Of a DNA stretch of 64,000 bases, positions 61,451-64,000 are shown piece after piece. Source of the stretch: Lachnospiraceae bacterium (GTDB lineage Bacteria; Bacillota; Clostridia; Lachnospirales; Lachnospiraceae). The DNA lies in the NCBI GenBank assembly GCA_017525525.1, contig JAFXSQ010000030.1, positions 63 through 64,062 of the forward strand. Reading direction: 5' to 3'. Made by a program: the position numbers and the translations under genes. Numbering within the stretch: the stretch's first letter is position 1; every line of letters begins with the position of its first letter. The notes under the pieces are model-generated. The model saw only the letters and a list, made by a program, of their open reading frames with translations, had not been told where the DNA came from and did not search any database.

Positions 61451-61600
61451 GAATGACACAGGGTGTCACTCTGAGCGAAGCGACGCAGACCTCAATGCGA
61501 AGCGTTGAGGTGCCGGCCTTCGATGTCATAAGGAATCCACCGCAAGCGGTACCCCTTATGACGAAATACGAGGGCTTGCGAAGCAACAGGAAGAGTCTTA
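61451..61600 (+). repeat. composite nested repeat (family-1 ends, GC-rich insert, family-2 module B)
   Basis: GTCACTCTGAGCGAAGCGACGCAGACCTCAATGCGAAGCGTTGAGGTGCCGGCCTTCGATGTCATAAGGAATCCACCGCAAGCGGTACCCCTTATGACGAAATACGAGGGCTTGCGAAGCAACAGGAAGAGTCTTA. It ends 16 nt before the aroA ATG. Confidence 0.9.
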
Positions 61601-61615
61601 AATGAGGAATGATAT

Positions 61616-62893
61616 ATGATAATAACTAAAGTACACGGCCTCTCGGGTATAGTGAGAGTGCCTGGAGACAAGTCCATATCACACAGGGCCGTTATGCTAG
61701 GCTCGCTTGCAAAGGGGCAGACGGAGATACAGGGCTTCCTTATGGGAGCTGACTGCTTATCTACCATAGACTGCTTTAAGAAGCTCGGAGTGCGCATCAA
61801 CATATACAGCGACACGGTTGTTGTAGAGGGTATGGGGCTTCGCGGCTTAAAGAGCCCCATCCAGACGCTTAATGTGGGCAATTCGGGAACCACGATGAGA
61901 CTGATATCGGGTGTGTTGGCACCGCAAAATTTTTCGGCAAAGCTTGACGGCGACTTTTCCATAAGGAAGCGTCCTATGAACAGGGTTATAATGCCTCTTT
62001 CCGAGATGGGCGCGGATATCACAAGTGAGGCAGGAGACGGGCTTCCGCCGCTTGTAATAAACGGTAAGAACCTGAAGGGGATAACCTATAAATCTCCGGT
62101 TGCTTCTGCGCAGGTTAAGAGCGCACTTTTGCTGGCGGGACTTTATGCTGACGGTGAGACGACCGTTACCGAGCCTGCCTTGAGCAGAAACCATACGGAG
62201 CTTATGCTCAAATGCTTTGGCGCTGATGTGGTATCTGAGGGTACATCAGCTACAGTTAAGCCATGTGAGGAGCTTTTCGGGCAGCAGGTTGTGGTTCCGG
62301 GAGATATATCATCCGCGGCATACTTTATGGTGGCTGCTGCGATAACACCCGACTCCGAGATAAGCATGAAGAATGTAGGCCTAAATCCCACAAGGGACGG
62401 CATCATAAGAGTTATTAGGGAAATGGGCGCGGATGTGAGCATTCGCGTGAATGAGAGAGCGGTAGGAGAACCTGCCGGAGATGTGACGGTGAGAACGTCG
62501 AAGCTTAAGGGCATTACGATAGGCGGAGAGCTTATACCGACACTTATCGACGAGCTTCCGGTTATAGCTGTTCTGGCATGCTTTGCGGAGGGCACAACAG
62601 TCATAAAGGATGCCGAGGAGCTCAAAGTAAAAGAGTCTAACAGAATAGACATTATGGTAAAGAACTTAAAGGCTATGGGCGCTGATATAGAAGCGACCGA
62701 TGACGGCATGATAATCAACGGCGGAAAGCCACTTCACGGTGCCGAGGTCGACAGTGTGAAGGATCACAGAGTGGCTATGAGCATGGCGGTTGCTGCGATG
62801 AATGCCGAGGGCGATACCGAGCTTAAAGATGCACACTGCGTCAAGATATCCTATCCGAGATTCTATGAGGATATGCAGAGACTGTCGGTATAG
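61616..62893 (+). CDS. aroA: 3-phosphoshikimate 1-carboxyvinyltransferase (EPSP synthase)
   Basis: 425 aa with PGDKSISHRA, LNVGNSGTTMRL, LKVKESNRI and DHRVAMS motifs. Confidence 0.95.
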   Translation: MIITKVHGLSGIVRVPGDKSISHRAVMLGSLAKGQTEIQGFLMGADCLSTIDCFKKLGVRINIYSDTVVVEGMGLRGLKSPIQTLNVGNSGTTMRLISGVLAPQNFSAKLDGDFSIRKRPMNRVIMPLSEMGADITSEAGDGLPPLVINGKNLKGITYKSPVASAQVKSALLLAGLYADGETTVTEPALSRNHTELMLKCFGADVVSEGTSATVKPCEELFGQQVVVPGDISSAAYFMVAAAITPDSEISMKNVGLNPTRDGIIRVIREMGADVSIRVNERAVGEPAGDVTVRTSKLKGITIGGELIPTLIDELPVIAVLACFAEGTTVIKDAEELKVKESNRIDIMVKNLKAMGADIEATDDGMIINGGKPLHGAEVDSVKDHRVAMSMAVAAMNAEGDTELKDAHCVKISYPRFYEDMQRLSV

Positions 62894-62993
62894 TGCAAGG
62901 TGCGGTGCGCAAAGGTTCAGGCGTGGACAAGACAAAAGAGCGTGCATTATACGCATTTGACGGTATATGTAAAAAGAGTGAGTGTAAACATAA

Positions 62994-63082
62994 ATCGAGT
63001 AGGGAAGACGCAGTCGCACCCTACTCGCCGTGCCGACCGCGTGCCGCAAAGCGGCTGATTACATTACGCGGTCGTGCACATA
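62994..63082 (-). repeat. family-3 repeat (reverse orientation) attached to a bidirectional terminator
   Basis: Its reverse complement reads TATGTGCACGACCGCGTAATGTAATCAGCCGCTTTGCGGCACGCGGTCGGCACGGCGAGTAGGGTGCGACTGCGTCTTCCCTACTCGAT. Confidence 0.85.
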
Positions 63083-63116
63083 AAAAGCGGACAAGCTTGA
63101 AGCTGTCCGCTTTTTA
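63082..63116. terminator. bidirectional terminator between aroA and the convergent small gene
   Basis: AAAAAGCGGACA ... TGTCCGCTTTTT. Confidence 0.8.
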
Positions 63117-63148
63117 TAATTGCAGAGCCGCCGATAGGAAGAATCCGG

Positions 63149-63442
63149 TCAGGCAGGCTTGCCATCGGGAGCATCTCCGTCTGTAATTTCAACCTCGGTC
63201 TCGGCATCCTCCGGAGTGATCGAAACATAATCTCTGTCTTCGGACTCTGCCTCGCCAACCTCGGAATTCTTCTTTGAAGGTATATTCTCCTTGATCATCT
63301 GCTTAGCCTTCTTGATCTTGCCGTCCACATCATAATCCTTGTATACACTGCTTTCCTTGATCTGATCCTTGAATGCGTAGCAAACTCCGCCGACTATGGC
63401 AGCTGCCACGGTAAACTTTGTAAGTCCCTTGATTAAACCCAT
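63149..63442 (-). CDS. small membrane-anchored protein with acidic tail
   Basis: 97 aa from the ATG after GGAGGAGG. It has an N-terminal hydrophobic helix (FTVAAAIVGGVCYAF) and a Glu/Asp-rich C-terminus. Confidence 0.6.
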   Translation of the reverse strand: MGLIKGLTKFTVAAAIVGGVCYAFKDQIKESSVYKDYDVDGKIKKAKQMIKENIPSKKNSEVGEAESEDRDYVSITPEDAETEVEITDGDAPDGKPA

Positions 63443-63914
63443 AGCAAGTCCTCCTCCTAATATATGGTTATAAAAAAGATAATATGATACCGGTGGCAAA
63501 AGGCAGCAGTGTTCATGCTTACTTGAAAGTAAGCGGCTTTATGAAGCGCAGAACGCCTTTAACCCCGACAACATAATATTGTAATACAAACTCTATCCGA
63601 GTGCAAGGACTGATTTACAGAAGTATCAGCCAAATAATAACGCAGGTTACAATTCAGCGGATTGCCGAATCAGTGGCTCGGCGTTTAGTGATAATTATGT
63701 TGAATTCCTGATTTAATTTTGATAAAATGTAAGAATCAAAAACACCGAAACCGCAGTAGTTTAAAAAATGGTGAGAGGTTTGAGGTGCTTTGGCAGCACA
63801 TTGAACACACAGTGTGCGTGCTGCGTATCATGAGTTGTGGGGGGGGCAAAATACTTTTGCCCCCAACATCATAACATATTACGAAGTATACATATGGCAG
63901 TCGAAGCGTATCAC

Positions 63915-64000
63915 GGGAAGAATCTGCTCGGGTACACCCGGGATGACAGAGTGTTATCACTGACAAAAAATGAATAAAAGGGAGGTGCGATTATGACGAA
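63915..64000 (-). repeat. family-1-like reverse unit and start of a reverse family-2 module at the window edge
   Basis: GGGAAGAATCTGCTCGGGTACACCCGGGATGAC is a reverse family-1 unit with an expanded apex. The final GGTGCGATTATGACGAA is the complement of CTTCGTCATAATCGCACC. Confidence 0.6.

Noticed and set aside
63992-64000. GGGAGG + ATGACGAA at the window edge, looking like an RBS and start codon.
   Set aside because: The sequence GGTGCGATTATGACGAA is the reverse complement of the end of the family-2 repeat (CTTCGTCATAATCGCACC), so it is more likely repeat DNA. This cannot be resolved without downstream sequence.
1-64000. Search for mobile-element genes, prophage genes, toxin-antitoxin pairs, or defence-system hallmarks (restriction, Cas, retron RT, CBASS and the like).
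   Set aside because: No transposase, integrase, recombinase, RT, nuclease-helicase or cyclase signature was recognised in any ORF. The accessory-looking content is limited to repeats, the orphan ORF at 29458 and the multidomain proteins described above.

Overview
This window looks like a chromosomal, mostly housekeeping segment of a Gram-positive anaerobe. It is probably Clostridia/Lachnospiraceae-like. The clues are Firmicutes-type RBSs, a dgt-dnaG-sigA-trmK-nif3 block, a type-A RNase P RNA, and ChW cell-wall-anchor repeats on a secreted glycanase; the taxon is inference only. No transposase, integrase, phage gene or CRISPR array is visible.

Gene order:
- clpX and a NodB deacetylase
- a folate cluster (folC, an HD protein, folP, fused folB/folK)
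- ppx-ppk
- a CUT1-type sugar ABC importer (SBP, two permeases, YesL)
- an 849-aa three-domain protein, then larB
- dgt-like, dnaG, sigA, trmK, nif3 and a uridine-kinase-like gene
- a TM-EAL protein (minus strand), an orphan ORF, rnpB (minus strand), a nitroreductase and a coiled-coil protein
- a PBP-GGDEF protein (minus strand)
- purM-purN-purD-clpC
- two hypothetical genes plus an MFS transporter, then tRNA-Glu(CUC)
- a REC-GGDEF*-EAL protein, an ABC exporter pair, hflX and a DHH phosphoesterase
- a MutS-related ATPase and two AraC regulators (all minus strand)
- a 1231-aa secreted GH16/CBM/ChW glycanase, an AI-2E transporter, thrH, aroA and a small membrane protein (minus strand)

The most interesting items:
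1. A 299-aa protein (41149-42048) carries three tandem 24-residue MshEN-type c-di-GMP-binding motifs with exact 5-residue spacers, fused to a CheX/CheC-like phosphatase motif.
2. A bacterial-PARG macrodomain + SGNH esterase + degenerate pseudokinase fusion (15891-18440) lies 16 nt upstream of an orphan larB.
3. Intergenic hairpin repeats form a dense, modular, nested system. One family sits 10-17 nt upstream of start codons in the sense orientation, and two families are attached to terminator T-runs.
4. A T10G8 homopolymer lies at the 5' end of a c-di-GMP phosphodiesterase gene.

All family assignments come from motif recognition by eye. No database search was run.
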